54,689 nt of DNA from a virus. Its lineage: Duplodnaviria; Caudoviricetes. The notes beneath the pieces are model-generated. The model was not told where the DNA came from and did not search any database. It saw nothing but the letters and a program-made list of their open reading frames with translations. Positions 8,985 through 18,539 of the stretch are shown here, in pieces (position 1 is the first letter of the stretch; the number at the start of each line of letters is the position of its first letter). Both the position numbers and the translations under genes were made by a program. The stretch lies in IMG/VR virus record IMGVR_UViG_3300033047_000013, positions 1 through 54,689 of that record; one strand, 5' to 3'.

Positions 8985-9065
8985 ATGTTATCGCTCAAGG
9001 TGTTGACAGACATGATGAATATAACTAACGTTAGTGCATATTTATACCTATGTTAAAGGAATGTT

Positions 9066-9335
9066 ATGACAAATCCATATTTAACCCGCACAAAAACGCT
9101 TCGAGACCCCGCATCTGAACCAGCAGATATAACCCCTAGTAATGATGATGATTTACCCAACCCAGTTCGCGCTATTTTCCCTGGTGTTGGTGGTGATATT
9201 AAAGTTACTACGCATGCTGGTAAAACTGTCACATATCCAAATGTAATTGGTGGTCAGTGGTTTGCTGTAATGGCGGTAAAAGTGTTTGACACTGGTACAA
9301 CAGCCACCAACCTCATAGGTGAAGAAATACTATGA
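9066..9335 (+). CDS. Head spike base protein (RcGTA Rcc01079-like)
   Basis: DPA...ITPSNDDDL...RAIFPGVGGDIKVT...AVKVFDTGTTATNLIG. Confidence 0.7.
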   Translation: MTNPYLTRTKTLRDPASEPADITPSNDDDLPNPVRAIFPGVGGDIKVTTHAGKTVTYPNVIGGQWFAVMAVKVFDTGTTATNLIGEEIL

Positions 9336-10495
9336 TTAACCTTGGGATAGACATACATACTGGTGTTGGTAATGCTCGCAGGAGTTTAACAACTCTACTC
9401 GACTACAATTTTCGTGCTCGAAGTTATTGGGAAAACGGTAATATCGTCACAGAGGATGATGCGGTCACGGTTACACGCGCAACGGATAAGTTCGCAACAG
9501 CAGCAAACGGTCAACTATTCCCGTTCTCAGCGAATGAGTTGGCACGGTCTAATTTAGGTGCGTTGATTGAGTCTGCGGCTACTAATTCACTGTTACGCTC
9601 ACAAGAGTTTGATAATGTCACTTGGGTTAAAGATAATTCAGGTGCTACAACCCCCGTTGTCACAGCCAATTATGGGGCTGCACCTGACGGGACAACTACG
9701 GCAGATAGATTTCAGTTAGATAAAACGGGTGGAACGCTTTCAAGGGTATATCAACTAACTTCTATCCCTAGCGCAATCTATACCTTTTCTATATGGTTAA
9801 AAACAACAAATGGTGGAGTTTCAAATCTAGGTATTAGGGTGAGTACTACCGATAAGAATGTGGTCGTTTCTGACACATGGCAAAGGTTTTCTATAAATTT
9901 ACCTTCGGCGGAAACAAATCCTTCCGTTCAAGTTTTGCTGCTTGATAGTATTGCAGGGAATGATGAAACTGCTGATATATTAGTTTGGGGTGCACAACTT
10001 GAAACAGGCGCAGTAGCCACAAGCTACATACCAACAACGGGCAGTGCAGCGACTCGTAATTATGATTTAGTTAAATTCCATGATACGGCCTTGGCAAATA
10101 CAGGCACTATCGTATTTAAGTTCAAACCCGCAATTGGTTGGTTTGATAGAACGTCATACTATCTACGGTCTGCTAGCGGTAAAAACTCCCTGTATTCCAA
10201 CCCCTCAACCAATGGGTTGACTGCATATGATGGTGCAGTAGAACATAGTTATGGGGATGTTACGGAAGACCAAGATAATATTGTCGCTTTCGCCTTTAGT
10301 CCGTCTGGTATGACGAGTTCGTTAAATGGTGCGGCTGTTGTATCGTCCTTAACTGTTATTACATTGACGGGCGGTGATTTATTTCTAGGTTCGGCGGGTA
10401 GCAGTGCTACTACAAGTTTAGGGACAATAGAAAGTATTCAATTCCTATCGACAGAGGAAAGCGATGCAAGTCTTATCGCACTAGCAACATCATGA
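9332..10495 (+). CDS. Head spike/fiber protein with carbohydrate-binding or LamG-like domains
   Basis: GALIESAATN, WGAQLETGAVATSYIPTTGSAATR; coupled to the spike base gene. Confidence 0.7.
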   Translation: MINLGIDIHTGVGNARRSLTTLLDYNFRARSYWENGNIVTEDDAVTVTRATDKFATAANGQLFPFSANELARSNLGALIESAATNSLLRSQEFDNVTWVKDNSGATTPVVTANYGAAPDGTTTADRFQLDKTGGTLSRVYQLTSIPSAIYTFSIWLKTTNGGVSNLGIRVSTTDKNVVVSDTWQRFSINLPSAETNPSVQVLLLDSIAGNDETADILVWGAQLETGAVATSYIPTTGSAATRNYDLVKFHDTALANTGTIVFKFKPAIGWFDRTSYYLRSASGKNSLYSNPSTNGLTAYDGAVEHSYGDVTEDQDNIVAFAFSPSGMTSSLNGAAVVSSLTVITLTGGDLFLGSAGSSATTSLGTIESIQFLSTEESDASLIALATS

Positions 10496-10797
10496 CCACA
10501 GCACTAATAATTATCCAAATCATCCTACAAATCACTGATGGTGTCTTGACGTATAAAGCCTTGAGTTTAAGGGGTGCGGCGGAAGGCAATCTGATAATGA
10601 AAAAAGCGTTCAACGCTATCGGGATATTACCCACATTGCTATTGCTTAAAGGTGGTATAATTGGCGCTTTGTTTTACGCCACTTCGAGAGTGCAATCAGA
10701 TAATATTCTTTTGTTGGCGCTACTCGTTGTACTCAACGCATTCTACGTTTGGGTTGTTTGGAACAACATCAATATCATCAAGAAGCTAAAGGAATAA
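10492..10797 (+). CDS. Membrane protein (DUF5658-like)
   Basis: LQITDGVLTY..L..GAAEGNLIM; three hydrophobic segments. Confidence 0.55.
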   Translation: MTTALIIIQIILQITDGVLTYKALSLRGAAEGNLIMKKAFNAIGILPTLLLLKGGIIGALFYATSRVQSDNILLLALLVVLNAFYVWVVWNNINIIKKLKE

Positions 10798-10800
10798 ACC

Positions 10801-11187
10801 ATGCAAATGACAGATAGACTATTATCATTCCCGAACAAAGCTGCTGCGAAAGCTAAACTTAAGAAGTGGCGGCGTAAGAATGAGGACGGTAAATCTGTAT
10901 GGTCGAACCTAAATAAATCAGGGCTTATGGAAGTGACCGTGGTTGAAGTTGAAGCTACACATGATGCTGAGGGTGTGGAATTAACGCCGCAGGTCAATGC
11001 GTCCGGTTTTTTCTTACTTTGCGCCACACCAGCAGGTGCGACAACTGGCGGCGTTAGAGGTAAGTCATTTGTTGGTAAAACATACGCACGTAAAACGCGC
11101 ACCCGTAAAAGACGTAAGAAGAATGACCGCGCTCACCCACGGCTTGCAAACATGATTAGAATTACGCCTATATTTGCGGATATGTAA
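10801..11187 (+). CDS. Basic hypothetical protein
   Basis: AAGGA SD; ORF. Confidence 0.6.
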   Translation: MQMTDRLLSFPNKAAAKAKLKKWRRKNEDGKSVWSNLNKSGLMEVTVVEVEATHDAEGVELTPQVNASGFFLLCATPAGATTGGVRGKSFVGKTYARKTRTRKRRKKNDRAHPRLANMIRITPIFADM

Positions 11188-11463
11188 TTAAATATCAGCA
11201 AACCACTCAGCACGTTCCAACGGTTCAATGTGTAGAATAGCGGGATGATCGTCACAAATTAAAAGACGCATAACGCGCGTATCACCTGTATCAACTGCAT
11301 GTTTTGCAACGGATTCTCTAAGTGCTCCTGTTCCTGGAAAATGATGTAAAATAGCCGAGTGAGTCATGTTACATGCACCTGCAACCGATCGAGATGATAT
11401 GGTCGGCCAACAGCGTAGACCCGCATTTAATATCTTCAATTTTGTATCGTCTGACTTACTCAT
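11188..11463 (-). CDS. TetR-like HTH protein
   Basis: TKLKILNAGL...SSRSVAGACNMTHSAILHHFP. Confidence 0.7.
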   Translation of the reverse strand: MSKSDDTKLKILNAGLRCWPTISSRSVAGACNMTHSAILHHFPGTGALRESVAKHAVDTGDTRVMRLLICDDHPAILHIEPLERAEWFADI

Positions 11464-11849
11464 GACATTATAATCCTCGGTATGTATTCGTTCCCTAGCA
11501 CAAAACCCGCAAATCCCCCTGCACTTTTTACAATTTCATGAAACTTGGCCTGAGCGGGTGCTCTTTTGTCGCTAGGAATCCACACCCAATTGGACGGTTT
11601 ACATTCCAGCGCAGTGAATACGCCGAGCGTTTGACCGACATGATGCGGTTGGATTAGAACAGGTGTCATACCTATGACATCAGAGGATTTTATGAGTTTA
11701 TTCGCTTGGGCGCTGACATTAGCCAGACCGTACCTAATTTGCCGTCCGGTCATATCTTGACATGCGCCAACATTATTGCGCCAAGCGTGACCACCCATTT
11801 GCGCCATATAAAGCATTGCTTGCTGTTGTACAACTGATTCACTGGTCAT
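11460..11849 (-). CDS. VRR-NUC domain nuclease
   Basis: ESVVQ, WRNNVGA, SSDVIG, ALECK, GGFAG. Confidence 0.8.
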   Translation of the reverse strand: MTSESVVQQQAMLYMAQMGGHAWRNNVGACQDMTGRQIRYGLANVSAQANKLIKSSDVIGMTPVLIQPHHVGQTLGVFTALECKPSNWVWIPSDKRAPAQAKFHEIVKSAGGFAGFVLGNEYIPRIIMS

Positions 11850-12106
11850 CTCATGACTTCCATAGCCAAACCGTTCGCTTCATATGTTTTTGTGTTGGAA
11901 GTGAATGTATGTGTATCGGTCGAATCTTTTAGAGACATTACAGCTATCATTTTATCAGGTTTCAATTCTCCGTTATCTATCATTCGCAAAATATTTATGA
12001 GCATTTCACGCGGAGAAATATCTTCTGAATTATTAGATTTACCTGCACGTATTTCACCCAAACTAACAGGTTCTTTCGTAAAGTCTTTGTCATTTATATC
12101 ATCCAT
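11846..12106 (-). CDS. Hypothetical protein
   Basis: Coupled ORF. Confidence 0.6.
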   Translation of the reverse strand: MDDINDKDFTKEPVSLGEIRAGKSNNSEDISPREMLINILRMIDNGELKPDKMIAVMSLKDSTDTHTFTSNTKTYEANGLAMEVMR

Positions 12107-14823
12107 TTGTCATTCCATCCTTCTACGGTTGCTGCTAGTTTTTCCATTTCTACGCGCGATAATGTCATAGCAGTGAGGACATCGACCTGCGCTGTCAAAT
12201 AAAATCTTCTGTACGATTCTTGGTCTGCACGTCCGAGATGTTGCTGTATTCCAGCCCATTGATTGATTGCAACGGTCAAGCGTTGTTGCGCTTGGTGCTT
12301 CTCAATCTGTCGGTTTACATGACCCTTAGCGGCGTAGACCGGAACACCAGACGCCGCAATCCTCTGACCGACTGACATAGGGCTTTCCAAGATAGCCGCT
12401 TGCATCATTTGTGCGATTGTTTCCCTGTCCATAAGTACCAAATCACCATCAACATGCTCTATGGAACGCGCTGCGCCCATCGGAACAGGTTCGTGACCAC
12501 AGTAAGGGCAAACGGCGTGAAACTTCTCATACGGGCGTGAGCAGCCACGACAAGCGGTTAAAGGTATGTCTTCGGGGTCTGGTTCACGCTTCCCGCGCTT
12601 CTCGCGCCTATCAAGCGTCCAAATGTGTGCTTTGTCGGGAAATCCGTGACGTTTCCAATTGCTCACATGGTCGATAATCAGGCCGTATAGTTTACCTTCC
12701 ATGAGCCTAAGAGCACGACCGAATTGCTGCAAATAGACACCGAGAGATGCAGTAGGTCGAGCCATGATGACAACTTCAACGGCGGGGCAGTCAAATCCTT
12801 CACCGAACAGATCCACATTAACCAATATTTTGATTTTATCTTCCCTGAACTGGCGAATGTGGTGTGCTCGTGTCTCTGCTGGTGTTTTTGCAGATATGGA
12901 AACCGCATTAATTCCAGCAGCTTTAAACTGTTCAGCAATTTTACCAGATGTTTCAACATCAGTAGCGAAACATATTGCCCGTTTGCCGGATGCCAATTTG
13001 ACATATTCGTCTACCACATTTCCGACAATGTGTGATTTCTCGGACGCCATTTTCATCTTTTGACGACTGTAATCGCCCGTAGCAGTCACCGCCGAATCAT
13101 CAATTATGAAATCTGTTTCAGGTATGGCAATTTGATAATCGGACAGTGAACCCATTTCGATCAGTTGTCGCATGGTCGGACCTGTCACCATTTCGTCATA
13201 CAAACCATCGTGGTGACGACCAAGACCCTGACCGTCCGCTCTCTGTGGTGTGGCTGTCACGCCGAGACCGTTGGCGTTCTTGAACATGTTTGCAACTCGA
13301 CCCCATTTATTAGGTGTCGTATTCCATACGGTTTCAGGCGTTTGACTTATAACTGCGCCAATGGCGTGATGACCTTCATCAATTGTCCAATCATCAATCT
13401 GTTCAGCCCAATCTTTAAGTTCGGCACGTCTTGCCCAAATCGTATCGACACCGCCGACACTACAATTTGATGTAGGATCTACAAAGTTCCGACCGAACTC
13501 GCGACGATGGTCTTGTCTGATCGCGTTGATGACATTCTTTGGTGCGATAATCCGGTGCTTGATGCCGCGTTGTGCTATGTGCATTGACATTTGACTGACT
13601 AGTTCGGTTCTATGAGCAATGACACACTGCGTTGCACCGAGCATGTGTTTGTCGAGCACGATGTCAGAAATTACGACAGAGTTGTGAACAACCGTGAAAT
13701 CAGCAAGCAAGAATAAACTATCATTACCCTGTACTTCAAACCCAAAATATTCACCAACACCAACAGGTTCAACAGAGATGCCAACATTCAATACATTTTT
13801 CTTCTGTTTGCGTGGACGTGCTTTTTTACGTTCTAAAATGCAGGGTATTTTTTCTATATTTCCTGATATTACACACCTAAAGTAAGTTCCTACGACTCCG
13901 TTATTCACACAAGTTTTGGATACTTTTCTTTTATATGCGCTGAACCCAAGCGACCGAGCAACAAATATTAAATCATCTAACAGTTTTTCGGATTTCAAAC
14001 AAATGTCATAACCTTTACCAGTGTAATAACCGTCTGAATCCATTAAACCTGCAAGAAGTTGCAACCTTTGTTTTTCCGATGCTGTTTTGTAATTGTGAGG
14101 TATGTGCTTATTTCGGTATAGGTTTTCACATTTTAAAAACTTCAACAATGGATTGTTACGTGGTTGTTTTCCAATAATGTTAACTGTTTGCGCTTTATTG
14201 TTTGGCTTTCTTGCAAAGGAGCATTTCAAACCAACCTTTTCAGCATATTCGATTAAATATTCCACAATAGGAGCGTCCTTTGTGGTTACTGCTGTATTCC
14301 GCGCAGTTCCATCACCGAGCCATAAACCGAGCCAATACGGATCATATTGTAAATCTTGCGGTGTTTCAAAGTTTACACCACTGCGCCAACCTTTGTGAAC
14401 ATGTTTGAAATTTTTAGATTTATTAATATATTCTTTAACGGGAATGTTTACAATGGAACCACCTAATTTTTGACAAGGATATTTCGGTTTGCTTCTTAAA
14501 TTAGTCATCCTAAGAGATAAAACATGCTCTGAATTTACGATATAAGAAGCACCTTTTACAGGGGTAATCTCATACATTTGATCCATACCAGAATGGAGAT
14601 TAACAACTTTTCTGGTTTTACCATCTGGTCCCATGACATGTTCACCAACCGTAATTGTTTCAACGGTTTTAACAGTGCCGTCATGCATCAAAACTTCCGT
14701 ACCACGCTTGAAACACTTACCCCCACCTGTCGGGAGCACCATCAGGACGTTTTTATGACCTGCGTTCCAAGAGTTATAAATACCTTGTTTGAGATCGGCT
14801 TGATATGGTCTGAGAATTATCAT
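12094..14823 (-). CDS. SF2 DEAD/DEAH-like DNA helicase containing an intein
   Basis: LRPYQ, PTGGGK/S, IDEGHH, VTATP, EGFD, QQFGRALR, C-terminal zinc finger. Confidence 0.92.
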   Translation of the reverse strand: MIILRPYQADLKQGIYNSWNAGHKNVLMVLPTGGGKCFKRGTEVLMHDGTVKTVETITVGEHVMGPDGKTRKVVNLHSGMDQMYEITPVKGASYIVNSEHVLSLRMTNLRSKPKYPCQKLGGSIVNIPVKEYINKSKNFKHVHKGWRSGVNFETPQDLQYDPYWLGLWLGDGTARNTAVTTKDAPIVEYLIEYAEKVGLKCSFARKPNNKAQTVNIIGKQPRNNPLLKFLKCENLYRNKHIPHNYKTASEKQRLQLLAGLMDSDGYYTGKGYDICLKSEKLLDDLIFVARSLGFSAYKRKVSKTCVNNGVVGTYFRCVISGNIEKIPCILERKKARPRKQKKNVLNVGISVEPVGVGEYFGFEVQGNDSLFLLADFTVVHNSVVISDIVLDKHMLGATQCVIAHRTELVSQMSMHIAQRGIKHRIIAPKNVINAIRQDHRREFGRNFVDPTSNCSVGGVDTIWARRAELKDWAEQIDDWTIDEGHHAIGAVISQTPETVWNTTPNKWGRVANMFKNANGLGVTATPQRADGQGLGRHHDGLYDEMVTGPTMRQLIEMGSLSDYQIAIPETDFIIDDSAVTATGDYSRQKMKMASEKSHIVGNVVDEYVKLASGKRAICFATDVETSGKIAEQFKAAGINAVSISAKTPAETRAHHIRQFREDKIKILVNVDLFGEGFDCPAVEVVIMARPTASLGVYLQQFGRALRLMEGKLYGLIIDHVSNWKRHGFPDKAHIWTLDRREKRGKREPDPEDIPLTACRGCSRPYEKFHAVCPYCGHEPVPMGAARSIEHVDGDLVLMDRETIAQMMQAAILESPMSVGQRIAASGVPVYAAKGHVNRQIEKHQAQQRLTVAINQWAGIQQHLGRADQESYRRFYLTAQVDVLTAMTLSRVEMEKLAATVEGWNDKWMI
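13681..14715 (-). mobile_element. Intein (345 aa) with LAGLIDADG homing endonuclease, inserted in Walker A
   Basis: GGGK|CFKRGT...VVHN|S; LGLWLGDG and LAGLMDSDG motifs. Confidence 0.92.
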
Positions 14824-15185
14824 ATTTTAATTTTGCAGTCGAGCCGATCACTTACTTTATTGAATTTATTTACGACACATTCTTCCAAAGACGTACCATG
14901 TTTTTGTGCAAGTAAATCTAGGTACGCCAATACATCCCCTATTTCGTCGCACAATTGGTTTTCTAAATCCTCTTTAGATTTACCCATGTTTGCAACTTCA
15001 AAACCGTCTCTGATGCGATTGAGTTTCTTTATGACATCACAAACTTCTCCGGCTTCGCCCGCCATTGCCACACCCCAATCAGATAAAGACCAAGCACTTA
15101 AAGGGTGATTAAACCCTTGTTCGCAACGTAATAAATTAATATCCGCAAATTGTTTAAATGTTAATTCAGTCATCTCAATGTCCAA
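14820..15185 (-). CDS. MazG-like nucleotide pyrophosphohydrolase
   Basis: AGEAGEVCDVIKK...DEIGDVLAYL. Confidence 0.85.
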   Translation of the reverse strand: MDIEMTELTFKQFADINLLRCEQGFNHPLSAWSLSDWGVAMAGEAGEVCDVIKKLNRIRDGFEVANMGKSKEDLENQLCDEIGDVLAYLDLLAQKHGTSLEECVVNKFNKVSDRLDCKIKI

Positions 15186-15946
15186 TCGTTTTTAGTTGAA
15201 GATTTATAAATTTGGGTAGGTTCGTCAGGTGTTTGTGTCTCACTCCATAATCGCCCACAGGCTTTTAAATAATACGCTTCGTCTAATTCCACAGCTTTAA
15301 ATCTGCGTCCCGACCTGATAGCTGCGAGCGCCGTAGAAGCGGTTCCGGCGAACGGGTCAAATATGATGTCACCACTCTTTGTGCTTTGCTCAATGTAATG
15401 TTGCACCAATCTAACAGGTTTTTCAGTAGGGTGTGTTTTGTCACCACTGTAAACAGGTGGACAGAAATAGATTTGCGACTGACCACAATCATTTATCTTA
15501 ATGGCGGGTTTGTTATAAAACATACAGACCATTTCAGTTTCCATCATGTAGAAACGGTTCGCATTCTTACGACCTTTACCCCAAAATAACATATTCGTAA
15601 GGTGAAACTTATTGTCGTGCGCCGCGTTGAGCAATGCTCTCAAAGTGATGCGGTTGGTCATAATATAACAGTGACCACCAGGTTTCAGAACACGGCTCAA
15701 TTCAGGTAAATAATCGGACGGTTTGATGTTGTTGTGTTTGAATATTTTACCGTCATTTTTATGCAGTGAACTAGCGTCCCAACCGTATTTACGACCCGCT
15801 TGGCTCGTTACACCACCGCTTACCGTTTTATAAGGCGGGTCTGTAAAAACCATATCCACTGAATCGTCGGCCATTTCCGCCATGACTTGCAGTGCATCAC
15901 CGTTAATTATTTCACCGTTTGGAAATATCATTTCAGTTTGCCCCAC
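15170..15946 (-). CDS. DNA methyltransferase, N6_N4 family
   Basis: TDPPY, HPTEKP, FDPFAGTAST. Confidence 0.9.
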   Translation of the reverse strand: MGQTEMIFPNGEIINGDALQVMAEMADDSVDMVFTDPPYKTVSGGVTSQAGRKYGWDASSLHKNDGKIFKHNNIKPSDYLPELSRVLKPGGHCYIMTNRITLRALLNAAHDNKFHLTNMLFWGKGRKNANRFYMMETEMVCMFYNKPAIKINDCGQSQIYFCPPVYSGDKTHPTEKPVRLVQHYIEQSTKSGDIIFDPFAGTASTALAAIRSGRRFKAVELDEAYYLKACGRLWSETQTPDEPTQIYKSSTKNDWTLR

Positions 15947-16401
15947 AATTTATCAATATCATTAGGTCGAGCCAAGTTTAAAACTTCAATATGATTGTAA
16001 TGAGCAATACGAATTGTTTGACCTGTACCACCAATTATAGCAGCGTTTGGCGACCAACAAACAACAAAATCAGAATGTTCTGTCAATGTTGACCCAAGAA
16101 CGATAGGTACGTTTCGTGCATGAAGTTGACGTGCATATTGCCCACATTTATCCCAAGCCGGATGAAGTGCTGCGCTATAATCCATCCACCATTTTTGTTG
16201 TGTGGCATCTCCGCTCAGAACCGTGAATATTTCAGGCAATGTGCCACCATCTTTTGCTCCGTTTCCAAAAGCATCATCAGCACCAATTGCACCACCGCTT
16301 CTTAAAACATGACCTTGTTGGCTTGCTTCAAAAGCAAAAGCATACATAATATTGAGAATTTCCAAGGGCGTTTTACGTGCGCCAACACCTGAGTAAATCA
16401 T
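15928..16401 (-). CDS. SLOG/DprA-like nucleotide-binding protein
   Basis: YSGVGARKTP, LRSGGAIGAD, LHARN, GGTGQTIRIA. Confidence 0.75.
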   Translation of the reverse strand: MIYSGVGARKTPLEILNIMYAFAFEASQQGHVLRSGGAIGADDAFGNGAKDGGTLPEIFTVLSGDATQQKWWMDYSAALHPAWDKCGQYARQLHARNVPIVLGSTLTEHSDFVVCWSPNAAIIGGTGQTIRIAHYNHIEVLNLARPNDIDKLWGKLK

Positions 16402-16634
16402 TCGACTAACCCCAAATCTCTCATAATCTGAACATATTCATCATATTGGTTGATAACATCTTTCATATGATTAGCTAATACAGTTAATTCCAAATCAACA
16501 TCAGCAGGTGTAATATCCATTCTGTTCTGAAAAATATCACCTAATTGTGGAGACATTTTTCGTGCCAGATTAAACACCTGTTCTCTATCTTTACCGCTAA
16601 TTCTCATTTCAACGTCACCACCATAATAATCCAA
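16398..16634 (-). CDS. Hypothetical protein
   Basis: Coupled ORF. Confidence 0.55.
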   Translation of the reverse strand: MDYYGGDVEMRISGKDREQVFNLARKMSPQLGDIFQNRMDITPADVDLELTVLANHMKDVINQYDEYVQIMRDLGLVE

Positions 16635-17014
16635 TCATCTTCAATCGGTGTTCTAAGTCTCGGAATAGTTTTAACCCATGCAGGGTCATGTGCCACTTCA
16701 CCATTTGCACAAACCACAACATGCCCGTCACCAAACATTAAATAGTGACAATCAGGAATGGCTTGACCACTTATTAGCAAAGCTTCCTCAAAATCATGCT
16801 CTTTAGGTATTGAATTAAATACGGCAGCATATCCAATGGAACTGAGATATTCTCTCAGTCGGATCATACCTTCCTCACCATCACATCCATCATGATAAAA
16901 ATGCGGAACATCCTGAGACGGTTTATCTAATATGGACGCTACACAGGCTCGCAGACAGTCACCATATGTACCGTCTTTACCGTCACCGCCAACTCTACAA
17001 ACTACGGGTATCAT
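16604..17014 (-). CDS. Putative papain-like/C39-like cysteine peptidase
   Basis: GDCLRACVASIL ... GHVVV ... HDP (Cys-His-Asp order of C39 peptidases). Confidence 0.5.
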   Translation of the reverse strand: MIPVVCRVGGDGKDGTYGDCLRACVASILDKPSQDVPHFYHDGCDGEEGMIRLREYLSSIGYAAVFNSIPKEHDFEEALLISGQAIPDCHYLMFGDGHVVVCANGEVAHDPAWVKTIPRLRTPIEDDWIIMVVTLK

Positions 17015-17619
17015 CGGTTCAACCACCAAACGGGCAATTCAGCAGGTGGAACTGACCCGTCCTCAACACCTGGAACGAATACAGCAAACCAATTTTCATC
17101 GTTCATGTCTCGAATGAGGATGGGTTTCCGTTCATCTATATATTGCTCGAACACGATGCAACCGGACGGTGACGCTTTGCTCAAATTAGCGATATTGGTC
17201 GCTTCCCAAAACATCGCGCCATATGTCATAGTGTTGTGAGCGGTCGGTATTGTCTCGGCCCATCTGTCCATATGGTTCTCTTGATCGCTCCATAATGTTG
17301 CATTTTCAGGGAAATTATAACCAAATGTGGTTTTAGCACTTGCAAATTTCAACATAGGATTTACATGGATTGTTAAATCACTGTTAAATTTAGCTTCTTC
17401 GAGACATTGTTTTCGCAATACTTCACTGTTTATAATATGGATAGGTTCTGATGGATTTACATAATTTAAGCGTTCCACAATTAAAATTTGCCGATTGCTT
17501 GCAATTACATAATTTCCTTCGAGTCTTATAGAGTTAAACCATTCGTTTGCGTTTTCAGGCATATAATCTAAAACATTACATAATCTAGCGTAAGTTTCAC
17601 ACTTTAATTTATAATTCAT
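17011..17619 (-). CDS. Possible sliding-clamp (DNA pol III beta)-like protein
   Basis: FNSIRLE..YVIASNRQIL weakly resembles the clamp motif. Confidence 0.4.
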   Translation of the reverse strand: MNYKLKCETYARLCNVLDYMPENANEWFNSIRLEGNYVIASNRQILIVERLNYVNPSEPIHIINSEVLRKQCLEEAKFNSDLTIHVNPMLKFASAKTTFGYNFPENATLWSDQENHMDRWAETIPTAHNTMTYGAMFWEATNIANLSKASPSGCIVFEQYIDERKPILIRDMNDENWFAVFVPGVEDGSVPPAELPVWWLNR

Positions 17620-17660
17620 GGTACGTCCTTTAAATTTATTCCAAATTGGTAAATTATTTA

Positions 17661-17690
17661 TTGACACAACGCAAGCGTTGATATAGTGAA
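17661..17690 (+). promoter_or_regulatory. Putative sigma70-type promoter for the replication operon
   Basis: TTGACA...TATAGT in a divergent intergenic gap, followed by GAGGA SD. Confidence 0.5.
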
Positions 17691-17724
17691 AGCGAACAAA
17701 TTATTTAAAACGAGGAAATAAATT

Positions 17725-18537
17725 ATGAAATGCACATTAACAATTACCGCCAGCACAACGACATTGGCTTCACTTTTGTCGATTATCGAAAATTACGATG
17801 TAGAAGTCAAAACCGCTCCATCGGTAGATGAACCTGTAAACACTACTGTAATTGTCGAACAGACACCCATCAGCGTAGAATCAGTTATTGTTGAACAACC
17901 AATCGCTCCGGTCACACCAGTTGTCGCGCCGACACCTGCCAGCGTAGACGCAGAATTGGATGCAAACGGTATTCCTTGGGATGATCGCATTCACGCCAAA
18001 ACTAAAGCGCGTGTTAAAGATGATACATGGCGTAAAAAGCGTGGTGTTGATGATGTGATTTATGAATCCGTCGTAGCCGAACTTAAAGCTTCTGTCGCTC
18101 CGGCAATGCCAACGGGTGATGCTCCGGTGGTTCCAGTAGTTGAACAACCTGTCGCACCTGTGGTTCCAGTAACACCACCAATGCCGAACGGTGATACAGT
18201 CGTCCCAAACGCACCAGTGACGGACCCTGTCGTTTCTGTGGCTCCGACAGTTGCCCCGACCCCTGCTCCGGTAGCGGATATTGTGCAGCCAGTAGAACCT
18301 GTTACTGCACAGCCTGTGGCGGCGGGGTCTGTTGACTTCAACGGTTTCATGCAAACGCTTGGTAAAAACATGCAGACCAACCCTACCAAAGTGAATACCA
18401 TTTATCTGACCACAATTAAAGATGAAATCGGGACGGCTTTTAATACGTCATTGAGCGCAATTACCGACATCGCCGCAAATCCGGCGATGATTGATTACGC
18501 TATTCAGTTAATGCAACGCGACAACACTTGGGCATAG
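17725..18537 (+). CDS. Pro/Val-rich phage protein
   Basis: ELDANGIPWDDRIHAKTK...WRKKRGV motif, typical of genes upstream of DUF2800. Confidence 0.75.
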   Translation: MKCTLTITASTTTLASLLSIIENYDVEVKTAPSVDEPVNTTVIVEQTPISVESVIVEQPIAPVTPVVAPTPASVDAELDANGIPWDDRIHAKTKARVKDDTWRKKRGVDDVIYESVVAELKASVAPAMPTGDAPVVPVVEQPVAPVVPVTPPMPNGDTVVPNAPVTDPVVSVAPTVAPTPAPVADIVQPVEPVTAQPVAAGSVDFNGFMQTLGKNMQTNPTKVNTIYLTTIKDEIGTAFNTSLSAITDIAANPAMIDYAIQLMQRDNTWA

Positions 18538-18539
18538 AT

